64,000 nucleotides of DNA, taken from Glycera tridactyla. Its lineage: Eukaryota. The DNA lies in the NCBI GenBank assembly GCA_965644265.1, contig OZ286468.1, forward strand, positions 17,670,001-17,734,000, written 5' to 3'. The position numbers were made by a program, and so were the translations under genes. A model generated the notes under the pieces. That model had not been told where the DNA came from. It saw nothing but the letters and a program-made list of their open reading frames with translations, and made no database searches. This document shows positions 49,684 through 61,807 of the stretch, piece by piece; position 1 is the stretch's first letter; each line of letters opens with the position of its first letter.

Positions 49684-52461
49684 GGGGGGTCAGTCAGGGT
49701 TTGCCCATTTGCTAACTCACTCATTTGTTGGTCATTTTCTGGGATATGCCAATATTTCCCTCCAGATTGGGATAGGTGCGCCATCTGATTGAAGGTTTGG
49801 AGTGGGCATGTGGTCATACACCAGATGTCGCCATGCACTGGGGGGCATCAAATTGGTGGCACGGTTGACGAAAGTGAGCAGCTGTCGCAAACGGATTTGG
49901 GGCAGTTCCTGGCAAAGGATAGTTCCCGCACCCATGCACACCCATTCACACACAAGTATACATCCACACTCACTCATACAGGGTACTGGTGACCGATGGT
50001 AGGACACGCGTAAGGCCCTGAAGTTGCATTACTGGGTGCTCGCAAACACACTCACACTTTTTGCATTCACATTTACACGCACTTCCTCTCGAGCACTGGC
50101 ACACACGCAGTCTCACGTTCATCTCACTCCTGTGTACTGATGCAGTTTCAATTTTGAGCAAGTATAGGTGTATATACAATTAGTATCAGCAAATTGGTGC
50201 ATTTTGTGCCCGCAAGAACTGGCATACACACACATTCACCCACACAGTACCCGGGCGTATACACAAATACCAAGATGTAGCAACAATATAATGACCGACG
50301 GTACCTGGCACATGCGTATAGAAAAACAAGCAATCCAATTAGTGCATTATTGCCTCAGAGAAATCATTATCACACAAGCGCCCACACACGCACATACACT
50401 CAACATGCAGACATACGCACAAAAATCAAGATGTATCAACAATGTAGTGGGGATGGTGACTGCAAATATGTGTGGAATATCAATCCAATTTGTGCGATTT
50501 ACCTCAGAGAAGCAGTATCAGGAGGTAGGTGTATTCTGGCCCCACAACTGTCATAGGCACACTCCTACACCCGTGCACGTGCACACAACACAGTTGTGAG
50601 CACACGCTAACACATTCCAATGCTCACCTCACATGAATTGCACACACAGTCATGCATACTTCATTGGCGTATCATCCCTATATTCCACATGATGCCTCCG
50701 AGATCCTAGTACAAGCAATTTCCCTTGCCAACATCCACCCAGAAACATTATTAGTTAGTGTTTGAGAAGATCATGTTGTACAATGGTGACTATTCGCAAC
50801 CCACACACACTTGAGCACATTCATACACACACACCCTCACTCACCCACACACTAAGTTGTGTGCAAGTCATGCTCACACACACGCTCACGCGAGACCTCT
50901 AGGATCCAATACAAGCAATTTCCCGCATGCATGGCAGGTCATAAGATGTACTACCATATACATTCTCCTAGAAATATCATTTGCTCACAGGGGTATGTAC
51001 AAACGTTATTCCCAACACCACATTATGTGTCACGAGTATCAAGCAAACAGTGTATTTCAGCAATTGTCGGAGAGTTCAATATGATGATCTTGATTCACGT
51101 ACACACATACACACACACTCTCTCAATCACACACATGCTCAGCCTGGTTAATTTGACACTCCCGTCACATGCATTGTGATTGATATCAATGTTTTTTGAT
51201 ATGACATTCCCAGTTAACCAAACAGTAAATAGCAGTAGATGTCAATGGATTTGGTCGGATGCTCTCGATACACGCACGCTCATGAGTGCACACACACACA
51301 CACACGCTTTCACTTCCTCACACACTCAGGCTGGAGCAAATTATTTCATCACAAAACACAGACCGCAGCAGAGTGAGCAGATAAATCACAGCACCACATA
51401 TCACTTGATATGTCGGATAATAAGTTACAATTGATAACAATATATTTGGCATGACGCTCCCCATTCATGCTCACTTATGCATGCATGCTCCCAATTCATG
51501 CACACACATACACGCATACTCACAGTGTGTAATAATTGATATCATAGTTTCCGGATCGACACACACAATTGTCAGACTTAACATCGCGTGACAAGGAAAA
51601 CATTAGTATGTACAGACAATGTCCCCACACCACATGAAATAGGCAGGTGTTTACATTGTAGTGGTTGTAATGTGATTGACCTGTCTCACTGGCGGCAATG
51701 ACAAGTAGTTGGTTACAAATTTGACAGCAGGTCCGACTTAACATACTTACTCATTAACATTCTCTGGCTGTGCCAAACATACACACACACACATGCTTGC
51801 ACTCTCTCCCACTTCTGCACTCAAACAGCTTCACAACTGTCCTTAACCTGTCAGCAGGAACCAATTCACCTACAGTCACCCACCCATGTAGCTTATATAA
51901 CATATTCACACACGTCAGACTCATGTATGCTCGAATACACTAGCACATACCCTTCACCCTCTGAGCATGTAGCTTTTGTGTTTGGAAATCATAGCAAACA
52001 TGTAGCTATTTATGTTTGGGAATCATATTAGAGCATCTACCTCATTAATAGTGCATTGGAGTTTATGGTCATAATAGAGACAGATAGCATGGATTTCGGG
52101 GTCACTTACACTTACACATACATGCGCACTCAGATTCGTACATCTAACGCGCACCCAACATTTACATGTATGCTTGCACATGTGGTTGTCATTTATGCCG
52201 GTTTGGGTGCCGCATCGTACCTGTATGCTCCCTTGCACGTGCACCCTGTCGCAACACATAGTATTACATAGAATATGTTGAACTAGCACAACCATCATAT
52301 CAGTTTCATAATCTCTGAGTAAGAGAATGGAACTCATACCAGCTCACGGCACTCGATGTAATATTCAAACTGCTGTTCTCTTCTATGTCCAAACAAGGTT
52401 CCTACACTGGTGTCTCATGCTCAGATATGTCCATGACTTGGTGAGCGAGACGAGCTCAGAA

Positions 52462-53367
52462 TTATTTGGCCGCATATCGATGTGGTTCTGGTGTGGTCGA
52501 TGTTTGCTTCTTTTTTGGAGGTAGATAGTCGAGTCTCTTCAGGCAGGGTATATTCTTGCTGAACTCCTTCCACTTGTCTTTGTTGAACCTCACTCCAGCC
52601 TGCGTATGCATGGTGTCCAGGTACCTGCTCCATGCACTCAGAGTAATAGATCGACCCAACATGCGCTGAGATCTCGTTCCCAAATGGACCTGATCCAGTT
52701 TGTATAGATAAGTTCTTAATTTCGGTATGCTACTGATGATCGATTTATTTTGACCTATCGGGTTGTGGCGACGAAAATCGAATAGTTTCTGATTTAGGTC
52801 GAGAATATCAGCTCCAGTGAGTTTTCTCACACCAGCGTTGACGCGTCTCGCCAGTTCAGTAGTAGAGTGACTCCAGCGTTTTCTGGGGATGATGCTCACG
52901 AAAGTTACATCAGCATCCGGGTATCTTGTCCGGACTGTGTGGATAATTGAAGCAATACCATGTACAATGTCCACCGCTATGTGGGCAATGGTGCGGTTTA
53001 ACTCATTGAATTTGCCCAGGCCGAACAAGCGGTCAAGTCTGAGTCGACAGTTATCAACGTCATTGCTACCGATAGCAATGAATATGTAGTCAGGTTTACA
53101 CTTTAGTTTTTGGAGGCGGTGGAACTGATTTCCCAGTCGACATTGTTTGGGGGGCAAGTCAATACCTCGCAGCCTGTTCATTAAGTTGCCTGAAGTAGCA
53201 CCGCGGGAGTGGGCGAACCAAGTATTCCTGTTCAGCCACTTCTCAATAGGTGTGCAGTCACTAGATTCCTCCATCTTCTTCCATCTTCGATTCGCTTCAT
53301 TAAAAGTGAATTCCTGGTCTTTGTCAATTGAGTAAGCACTATCCATGTCTGGGCTGGGGGACGCCAT
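52462..53367 (-). CDS. SGNH/GDSL-type esterase ORF (301 aa from ATG 53367)
   Basis: WFAHS (block I Ser), RGATS (block II Gly), IAIGSND (block III) and DQVH (block V), plus VTFVSIIPR. CAACATGG start context. Confidence 0.8.
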   Translation of the reverse strand: MASPSPDMDSAYSIDKDQEFTFNEANRRWKKMEESSDCTPIEKWLNRNTWFAHSRGATSGNLMNRLRGIDLPPKQCRLGNQFHRLQKLKCKPDYIFIAIGSNDVDNCRLRLDRLFGLGKFNELNRTIAHIAVDIVHGIASIIHTVRTRYPDADVTFVSIIPRKRWSHSTTELARRVNAGVRKLTGADILDLNQKLFDFRRHNPIGQNKSIISSIPKLRTYLYKLDQVHLGTRSQRMLGRSITLSAWSRYLDTMHTQAGVRFNKDKWKEFSKNIPCLKRLDYLPPKKKQTSTTPEPHRYAAK

Positions 53368-53491
53368 GTTGAGTGTCAATGGAATGCCAGGTCAAGACAC
53401 ATGCAGCATTGCGAGGTAGCTATTTGGTACGAGTTGGATACACAGTAGTGTGTTGCGGGATCACATGATCACATATCGGCAATTTGGGTCA

Positions 53492-53773
53492 CTAAAGCAA
53501 GGCAGTGGTATTTCCTGTGTGATTGGAGTAAACTAGCGGTTGCTGGCTGACATCGGTCTGGCCCATCCAAGCAGCATATTTTGTTCCTTTTTGTTTGGCA
53601 GGATTGCATTTCGCCTGGTCAATGCCTTTCATTGCTTTGGACTTATTTTGTTGACGTGGGTTTTTGGGTGGGACATCCTTGAAACGCCTAAGACCAAGCA
53701 TGCCATCATCGGTGATACCAAACTTATCACTATTTCTGTATATTTGCGACAATTTTTTTTCGATTTCATCCAT
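53492..53773 (-). CDS. Small 93-aa ORF between ORF1 and the esterase
   Basis: GCTATGG start 15 nt after the ORF1 stop; charged N-terminus MDEIEKKLSQIY. No known domain. Confidence 0.4.
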   Translation of the reverse strand: MDEIEKKLSQIYRNSDKFGITDDGMLGLRRFKDVPPKNPRQQNKSKAMKGIDQAKCNPAKQKGTKYAAWMGQTDVSQQPLVYSNHTGNTTALL

Positions 53774-53787
53774 AGCTCCGTGTGCCG

Positions 53788-54186
53788 CTACGATTGCTTC
53801 ATCGGCAGTATCATCTCGATTTGGGGGTCACTTTGGTCGGGTTGGGCTGAATTGCCAGGCTTGGCCATTTGCGTTTGTGCACTTTCAGGATCAGAGCTGT
53901 CTTGCTCGCATGAATGCACAGTAGTAGCGTCAGTTTCCATGCAGTCACCTTGGGAGGTGTCCTCGCTTTGTTGATTGTTCAGGTCAGCCAGCGTCCGCAG
54001 GACATGGTTTGGGATCAGCTGTTTGCCATCCATTAACCTCATACCACGGTCACCCTCGTTTCGGGCAAACATCACTATACCATTGGTTGTCCAACAACTT
54101 TTGATCCAGCCATTTTTAACAGCCATCCTTGCCTGGTAGTGAAGCTGTGAGTCCCGTTCAGTCAGGTAGTCTCTGAGGTATACCAT
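53788..54186 (-). pseudogene. C-terminal part of a CR1/L2-type ORF1 (5'-truncated)
   Basis: VYLRDYLTERDSQLHYQARMAVKNGWIKSCWTTNGIVMF fits the ORF1 C-terminal motif xINExLT...AR..K...WT.NG.I. Confidence 0.75.
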
Positions 54187-54233
54187 CGTAGAGCTGTGAG
54201 TCCCGTTCAGTCAGGTAGTCTCTGAGGTATACC
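54143..54233. repeat. 42-bp direct duplication at the LINE 5' junction
   Basis: 54143-54184 equals 54192-54233, separated by ATCGTAG. Confidence 0.95.
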
Positions 54234-54240
54234 TTTGTGG

Positions 54241-55466
54241 AGGTGTGTCACACCTGTCAGCTACTTCCTCTTGACAACGTTTCAGGTTCCCCATCGAACT
54301 GTGTTAAGGGTTCATGAGAGAGATGTCTGCAGGGGAGAGAATGTCCAGCTTTCATCAACCAGGAACACACAGCATACATAATCCTAGGGTTGAAACATGA
54401 TGTTTGAACGCCAGCCAAACAAACAATCATCAATATCGTCCCGGCGTCACCGTCATCATCGTCATCACAATCAAATCCATCGTGGCTGTTGCTGTGATCA
54501 CCGTCGTCATCGTCGTCATTGGCAATGCCATCATCAACGTCACCATCACGTCATCATTCTCAACATCACATCTATTCATCTTGAACAATGGCCCATTTCT
54601 ATGGGTAATATGTGGAGTCCATTTGCGCCACGAGGGAAGTGTTTGCCATATGCAAAAAGAGAATGAGATTGCCTAGTGGCTCTGTATAATTGAACCATTT
54701 ACAACCAGACAATGCATACTAAATGAAGTCGGTGCCACCTTGTGTCGCAATAGGTTGCCTTCAGCATTGGTGTCACTGCATTCAGTGGCAAGATGATTCA
54801 CCATCCCATGGTTCAAGGTCACCATTCGTAATTTTTGCAGGTTCTCGATCATCCACGTTTCTGAAGTTCTATATTATCACACCGTCACAGCTGAAGACAT
54901 TTAGAATGATGCATTATCTCCTTCGAACAGTAAGAGTCAGGTTTGCAACTTTCTTGTACACTTGCAGCATATCCATGTATGTATGACTTCTACATCATTC
55001 GTGAAGCCACAGTAGGTCCATGGTTCATCAACTTTGCTAGCTATAGTATGTCAATTATCAGGTAACGAAATGGCAATCTCCCTCTGAACGTCTCAACAGG
55101 AGAGTTCACAAATACAGGTTAAGTCAAGGATCGATTATTGATCGATAGTTTCATGATTGTTGTGTAGCGAAGTATGAATCTGAATAATAGGATGTCCTTC
55201 CGAGCCCAAACTCAAGGTGTTCAGGCAACCGATTAACTTTTTCAAGGTACTAAAATTCAACGTTTTAACGAGTATAAATATATTGGTATTGTACCTGATG
55301 AGACATTGACATTCAAAGCACACACTGAATAACAATTGAAAAAAAATCGTTACAAGACGTTCTGCGCTCTCGCATATCAGACCATTTATCTCTGAAAAGA
55401 GAGCACTATTATCTATCACCCGTTGTTACAAGATAATTTTGTACTCTGTGGAATGAGTGCCAGGGC
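54241..55466 (+). repeat. Recent duplication, copy B part 2
   Basis: Matches 16181-17303 joined directly to 21772-21871. Confidence 0.92.
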
Positions 55467-55510
55467 ATCCACGAGACCCCAAATATGTCAGAATAACTGC
55501 CTAAGAATCG

Positions 55511-55852
55511 TTGTACGGCCTCGCACGTCAGTCTTTTTCGGCCAGTGACTGTCATAAGACCCTTGATTCCCCTTATTCACAAATACTGACAAGTAGTCAG
55601 CTGGCTACTGAAATGTTCAAAATTGTCAAACGCAAGGGAAATCGGCAGTTACATGAAACTATCAGTACGAGGGCAGATATATCAAGCTGTCTGACTAGAC
55701 AGTCTATGTCAAGTGATGTTGAAAACAGACGATGTCGTACTCAGTTCGCCAATACTGGAATGATTCCACGGGGTACAATATTATGGAACTCTATTCCTAA
55801 TGATAGTATCCAAACATCCAACCAAAAAGTGAAACTCCTTTTCAAGTGCTGA
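55511..55852 (+). mobile_element. 5'-truncated CR1-like LINE fragment (ORF2 C-terminus)
   Basis: TRA..LTRQS..D..R.RTQFA..RG..LWNSIP, similar to 20979-21230. Confidence 0.65.
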
Positions 55853-57709
55853 TTATGAATTCAATTGTCGTGCTGTACATAGCCATGTATGACTTGGCAA
55901 AAGCCGGGACAGGTTCGACGTATAAGTTGTTCAAATACTTTTTAGTTCACTGTGTCATCGTCATTATATGAATGTTCGATTGATGTATGCTAGTGGCCTT
56001 TTACCTTCTGTTAGTTCATCCCAATCACCAGTTACCTCGCCCATACTACAATATATACCGCTATATCCGTTCCTATTCCCCGACATAAGTGCATACCCTC
56101 AATCTACGTGTGATATCTCATCTATCTCCTTCATTGTTATAATATGATTGCATTATGTGTTGTGAATACGTCATATACCGTTGCTGTCCATTGAGCATGT
56201 AATATGAATGTATTCACGCTCCATGAATGAAGCTCTCTTCTTCTCCTTCTTCTTCGTCTTCTTCTTATATGATATTCAACTTTGCTCATGTCTTTTTCTG
56301 AATCAAAAATCTCAATCTCTTCATTGTGACAAGAACCGAGAAGGAGACATTGCAATCAGCTGTGATGCTAGGATGATTCGAGTGGTCGAAAAAAATGACG
56401 ATCACACCAACTATCCTACCTAACAAGCATGTTATCATTTTACATTGATTATCAAACATATCACACATTTCGATGATTGCCATCTATTCGCTAATAGAGT
56501 GGTTTATGAGGATGAATGAATGAATAGATTACAGTTCGAATATACTGTCTGATCGATAGGTGGAATCTGTTTTCTCGAATGGCCAATCTTTCACTTGAAA
56601 AACCGATGGCATTGGTCAAAAGAGATGTCTTTTTTCGTGAACAGCTCAGATTCTTCGCTAAAATACTTGTTGGGTCATACACACTCTTGCAGCACTGAAG
56701 CCTCCTATTTTGGGCCATGTCACAACATATCAGGTACATTGCTGCTGTAAGGTGGAGCCAGAACTGACTACCTATACATATGACTGCATCCTATGGTATT
56801 GTCATGGTAGGCTATATGAAAAATGAATGTTCCTATTTGAAGTATCCTTTATCCCGTTCGTGGTATACTTATTTTATCGTTCACGACATAGGAAGAACTA
56901 GGAGGAAAAAAATGACAATAATTCTGATCCACGACCAATATATGTTGAGGTCAATCAATAGACAATGCAATGCTCATCACAGAAGTGTTGTACATATATT
57001 CGATCTGATTTGGTATCACCTAACCACACATTCCCGCGTTCATCGATTGGATCACACATGACTCCTTCCCCCGCACACCGATTTTGGAAAGATGTGAAAG
57101 ATATTTCCGAATTTCATCTGATTTGAGATCGTATGCGGACGGGCTGCTCCATTCGCAATTTTTAGTTGATGCCATGATATCTCGTAGTCTGGAAGTCTTA
57201 CTAGTCTGGTGAATAGGTATGAAATAAGACAATATAGTACATACCTTAGCTATCGTTTTTAAGAAAAGATCTGGTCGGGTGTACTAGGGTATCTCGTGCC
57301 TGATCACTCAATGTACTTTGCCATTTCAGATGAGAATACAAGGTGCCCCTTCATTCGCATCTCCCTGTTCTCTCGATCATATTTCGCCTTCACGTAGAAC
57401 CCATATTTAGAGACAGGTTTCAATTTGACATGGGCTTCTATTCTCATGTCAATGTGATTTGCTTCAGCGCTGAATTCAGACGAAGCACTGGTTTACAGAA
57501 CTCTAGCTTCTTTATTCAGAGATGTTTGGCATTATGGCTCATGTCCTCCTCCCTTGCGTATCGGGGTCATGCAAATACTCACAAAATAGCATGATTAACC
57601 AAGTGGAGATCGAGTGCTCCAATATATGAGCTCTGCAGCTTACGATAAATCATGTTGCAGCTGACCCAGGGACCGCATACTACTTCATGGTCGGAAAGCC
57701 TCAGTATGC

Positions 57710-58740
57710 TTTGTGATGCAGGTGACGTCATTGTTCCAATTAGTGCTACGATTTTTCACCTGACACATATCGATGATTTATAATCTGATGTGATGACAAT
57801 TCCATGCTGACTATTTCTTTTGCATGGCATTCCTATAGTTCTGTATTCAATCAATCTTAGAGAGATAAAAAAAATTGCATTAATTCATTCATAGATATCA
57901 CTATGACATAACTGCTCATAACCATCTACCCATCTATATTTGGGTAGAATGTAGTATCGGTTGACCAAAGGTGACTCACTGTCATCTACACAAGATACTC
58001 TCCATTTCGCGTCATGCAAGCTTTAGTAGCAGACATACTGGGTTGCGTAGGCACTGGTGACAAGCAGCTTCTTGTATGACACTCTAGGGACAGATAGACT
58101 CTCATAAAAAACACCCACCATGAAAGCACTGACTACCAACCTATATTTTATCTGACACAAGCCTGCATCAAAAAAAGGGTTAGTTTATCTGGGCTGCTAT
58201 GTGACTTTTATCAACAAAGACATAAAAATGAAATGATATATTTGACGACGTGCTTTGGTGCTAGTCGTGATGGTGGTTGTGGCTGTGGTAGTGTGATGCT
58301 GTGGTTGTTGTCTTGGCGATGATCGTAATGGCAATGGTGATTGTTGTGCTATCCGAATGTTTGAAGAATGCCTATATTCCACCACATTATTTATTCAGTC
58401 GAGCCTGTCTATTAAGACAGTCTTTGGTCGCATACAACAATGGCCTCCAAAGATAGGTGGTCTTCATAAAGATGAAATTCACAGTTGAAAGTACTAACAC
58501 CATCGTGGGTGGTCTCTTCATAGTGGTTGTTTTCAGAGCAGGTTCGAATGTATTTACATATTTTTTTTCGAACCTCTCCCGGTCCACTACTTGGCTTTCT
58601 CTTCCTGTGATCCTCTCACTTCTCTGCTAATATGTCATAATCACTAACTTGGAACCTAGCTCTTTGTGTGCTGCCGATCTTGATATTCTAGTGGATTTTC
58701 TGATGATTGAATGTTCGTCAATCAACTCATTGGTGACCTA
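57710..58740 (+). repeat. Older duplicated blocks, paralogous to 22260-24590
   Basis: Same shared blocks in the same order. Confidence 0.85.
58396..58550. mobile_element. Tc1/mariner-pogo-type MITE, degenerate
   Basis: Imperfect TIRs CAGTCGAGCCTG / CAGGTTCGAATG, followed by TA; internal GGTGGTC repeats. Confidence 0.55.
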
Positions 58741-58889
58741 CTTTGTGGCCCTCTTCTTTTTCTGGATTTCTTCTAGAGTCATTCCCGATGATTTTTCCCG
58801 TGGATTATGAATAGAATACCCTGGACGCACCTGATTCGTCTCTCTATTTTCAATTAGCACACTTTCTTGCTCTGTCCGTACATCTTGTT

Positions 58890-60770
58890 GTCTACTTCTT
58901 GTGGTCATATCCTCTTAGATTCGCCTCTGAATAGAAGCGCTGGCTCTGTGTCAATCGATTACGTATCTGTTTTCGATGATTGTTCCAGTATTCACAGATA
59001 GACAAAAAATGCCTTCCCTGAAAATCTTTAGATCTTGGGGCTATTTCCTTCAATGAATTTCCATTGGCGTGGATGAATGATGATATGTAATGTGAGATTT
59101 CTGTGACAACTGCTCTATAGTGATGATTCTCATTACTACCATTTAGGATCAAGAAGTGATGGAGTATAGCTGTGCTGATGCCTGTGACGCTGGCATCTCC
59201 CATTACACCCAAGGGACCGATATGCCCGATATAAAGTGCCTGCCATAATATCACAACCATCTAGTGATAGTATGTTATCCGAGAATGACGTCATAAACCG
59301 GCAACATCACCTCAGCTATCGCTCATCTATCACTCTCTGTATATATTCACCCAAAACCGACATCAAATGCGATCCAGTGAATTGTCTCTTTTCTAGAAAT
59401 GAATGGTTTGAGGTAATACATTCTTGGGGTAGTGATAAGTGAACGAGAATGTGCTCCATATGGTATTCCACAATAATATTGATTCACAGAATCTGGTCAT
59501 CTGCTCTGGCCAAGTGGAGGCCCAGTGGACTGATCCAATGTTCACTGCGTAGCACAGTGGCCAAGAATAACTGACCTAGTGGAAGCCATCTGAATCAATT
59601 CCATGTTCACAGGGTAACACCATGGTCAACATTTCTACAAATTATCGCCTTCTGTTGGGGATCCAGAAGGAGGAGTTGTGAATGATCCCACCCATGCCCA
59701 TTGCATTGGCGTCACAATATAGCACAATTTGAGCTGACGTGACGTTAAACCTCAACCAACCAAGCAACCAACCATCTGGTCATCTGGTCCATCAGCTTCC
59801 ACCGATATCATGAATGATGGTCAGCAAGAAATGGTAATAATGTATCAACGAAGAAATCCACTATCCTATACATGCACACAAACCAATCGCACCCCGTATC
59901 CTATCAAGCATACATACTACATGTAATTCAGCTCTCATGAACTCAATACTGCATGGATTACCCCGTACATACAAATTCTGACGCATGCACACGTGGGTTA
60001 AAAAAGTTTGACATTCCATGGAGAGATTACATGCTCGTCTTATGGAAACCGAGACAAAGAATAGCATGGACACCTTCTCCAAAGATTCAAGAGACCCAAA
60101 AGAAGGATTCATGAATGTTCGTACACTTTCCAAGTCAGCTTGCCAAGACAAAAAAGCCAACCATGGAAATCACGTCTCATAGCCCATATATCTTTTTATT
60201 CCATACCAAATCACAACATTCATCATCAAATAAAGAGAAAGAATGGTAATACAGGTTGAGGCAGGATTTGTAGTGACCCGATAGATAATGGAGTTGAAAC
60301 CGGAATTGAGGCCTCACTTAGAGGGTCCCACCTTATCTGGTGGCTATCAGTCCAAGTTTGAATAGATCATGACGTTAGAACACACATTAACCATTAGAAC
60401 CAGACGTTGGCAACACCTCCACCAGTGGATTCACCTATATGGAACGATGTCAGTGGACACATATCCGTGTGATGATAGCTCTGGGCAGTGTTCCACATTT
60501 GATCTGAAATCGCTTCTCATATATCTTCTCCAGATTACGCCTACCTATTGACATTATCCTCCATGTAGGATATGTCCTGTTTGATGTATTGAATGATGTA
60601 TTGCTTATGGCAAAGATATCTTTTGTGCAGCAGACAATGGTTCTACGAGTAATATGTGTGTGTTTGTGTGTGTGTATGTGTGTGAACATCATATCATATA
60701 TTGGCACCCAGAATGAAGTGGTGGGTGGATGGCTATGTGAGAAGAAGCAATTACTTAGAGCTGCCAAGTT
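58890..60770 (-). pseudogene. Decayed LRR/TM/TIR (TLR-like) pseudogene
   Basis: In the correct order: ISNTSF..SIGRRNLEKIYEKRF and SFGSLESLEKV (LRR); QNLYVRGNPCS (LRR-CT entry); FLLTIIH(fs)YRWKL (TM exit); HYRAVVT..KDFQG..WNNHRKQI (TIR). Confidence 0.55.
59710..59773 (+). mobile_element. Probable SINE 3'-end fragment
   Basis: ..GTGACGTTAAAC followed by a (CAAC)n tail; interrupts the TLR-like remnant just after YRWKL. Confidence 0.35.
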
Positions 60771-61430
60771 ATGTCTGATTCACTCGATTGTCGTAGGAGC
60801 CTGCATGATGGATAATCGATTACTTGTTCATCTCGCTAACAACATGAAGATTGGATCTCACCACTTCTAAGTTCGCAAACATCACTATGCCGGGAGATAA
60901 GGCCATCAAATGAGAGAGTTGCCATTCGTTGGCAAGTCGGCAGTGAAGCAATCTCTATTCTCCCGGCTCTCATGGAATGAGATATGGAATATTGACCAAA
61001 TACATAAATGATATTTGGGATTTGTGAGTTTGAATATGGAACCGTTCAGACGATGTATGATAGAGTTGTGATTTATTCATGAAGAAAACGAATCAATGAT
61101 CAGTTCAAAAACCTTTGGAAGTATGATAGTACCCATAGCGTCGCTTTCTATCATCTATCCATCCTCGTACTCACGTACATCATCACCTCATCTCATGACT
61201 CTCATTTACTCATGATATATCCATCAACGCATGTATTGTTCAATACCACATGTATATTTCCATCATCCATACATCTTGTTCTCCATAGTTGAATGTTGAA
61301 AGCATGTTTGCTGCCAACCCAGAGACTGAATGAATGAATGAATCATGATTCAAGTGTTTCAATATGAGTGAAGGAAAATCGATGTCCATCACTTTTCCAG
61401 ACATGTCAGCCTAAAAAAAGCTCCAATCTT

Positions 61431-61807
61431 NNNNNNNNNNNNNNNNNNNNNNNNNNNNNNNNNNNNNNNNNNNNNNNNNNNNNNNNNNNNNNNNNNNNNN
61501 NNNNNNNNNNNNNNNNNNNNNNNNNNNNNNNNNNNNNNNNNNNNNNNNNNNNNNNNNNNNNNNNNNNNNNNNNNNNNNNNNNNNNNNNNNNNNNNNNNNN
61601 NNNNNNNNNNNNNNNNNNNNNNNNNNNNNNNNNNNNNNNNNNNNNNNNNNNNNNNNNNNNNNNNNNNNNNNNNNNNNNNNNNNNNNNNNNNNNNNNNNNN
61701 NNNNNNNNNNNNNNNNNNNNNNNNNNNNNNNNNNNNNNNNNNNNNNNNNNNNNNNNNNNNNNNNNNNNNNNNNNNNNNNNNNNNNNNNNNNNNNNNNNNN
61801 NNNNNNN
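61431..61807. other. Assembly gap (N run)
   Basis: Run of N. Confidence 1.

Larger units (their letters stand above)
36957..54240 (-). mobile_element. Large CR1/L2-like LINE (about 9 kb without the nested DIRS), 5'-truncated in ORF1
   Basis: A single interruption of the duplicated sequence (copy A is contiguous: GATTGGGTAG|AGGTGTGTC at 16180/16181). (TTATGAAGC)-type repeat tail at 36957. ORF2, esterase and ORF1-like segments are all on the minus strand. That this is one element is an inference. Confidence 0.65.

Noticed and set aside
49690-52460. Numerous 60-140-aa His/Thr-rich ORFs
   Set aside because: Products of CA/TG-rich low-complexity spacer DNA.
53380-53490. PHD-finger-like Cys cluster (QCCMCLDLAFH) upstream of the esterase
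   Set aside because: Incomplete ligand set, flanked by stops.
800-58710. Other CTGATGA heptamers as hammerhead cores
   Set aside because: They lack a paired stem II and GAAA at the right distance; most lie in coding sequence.
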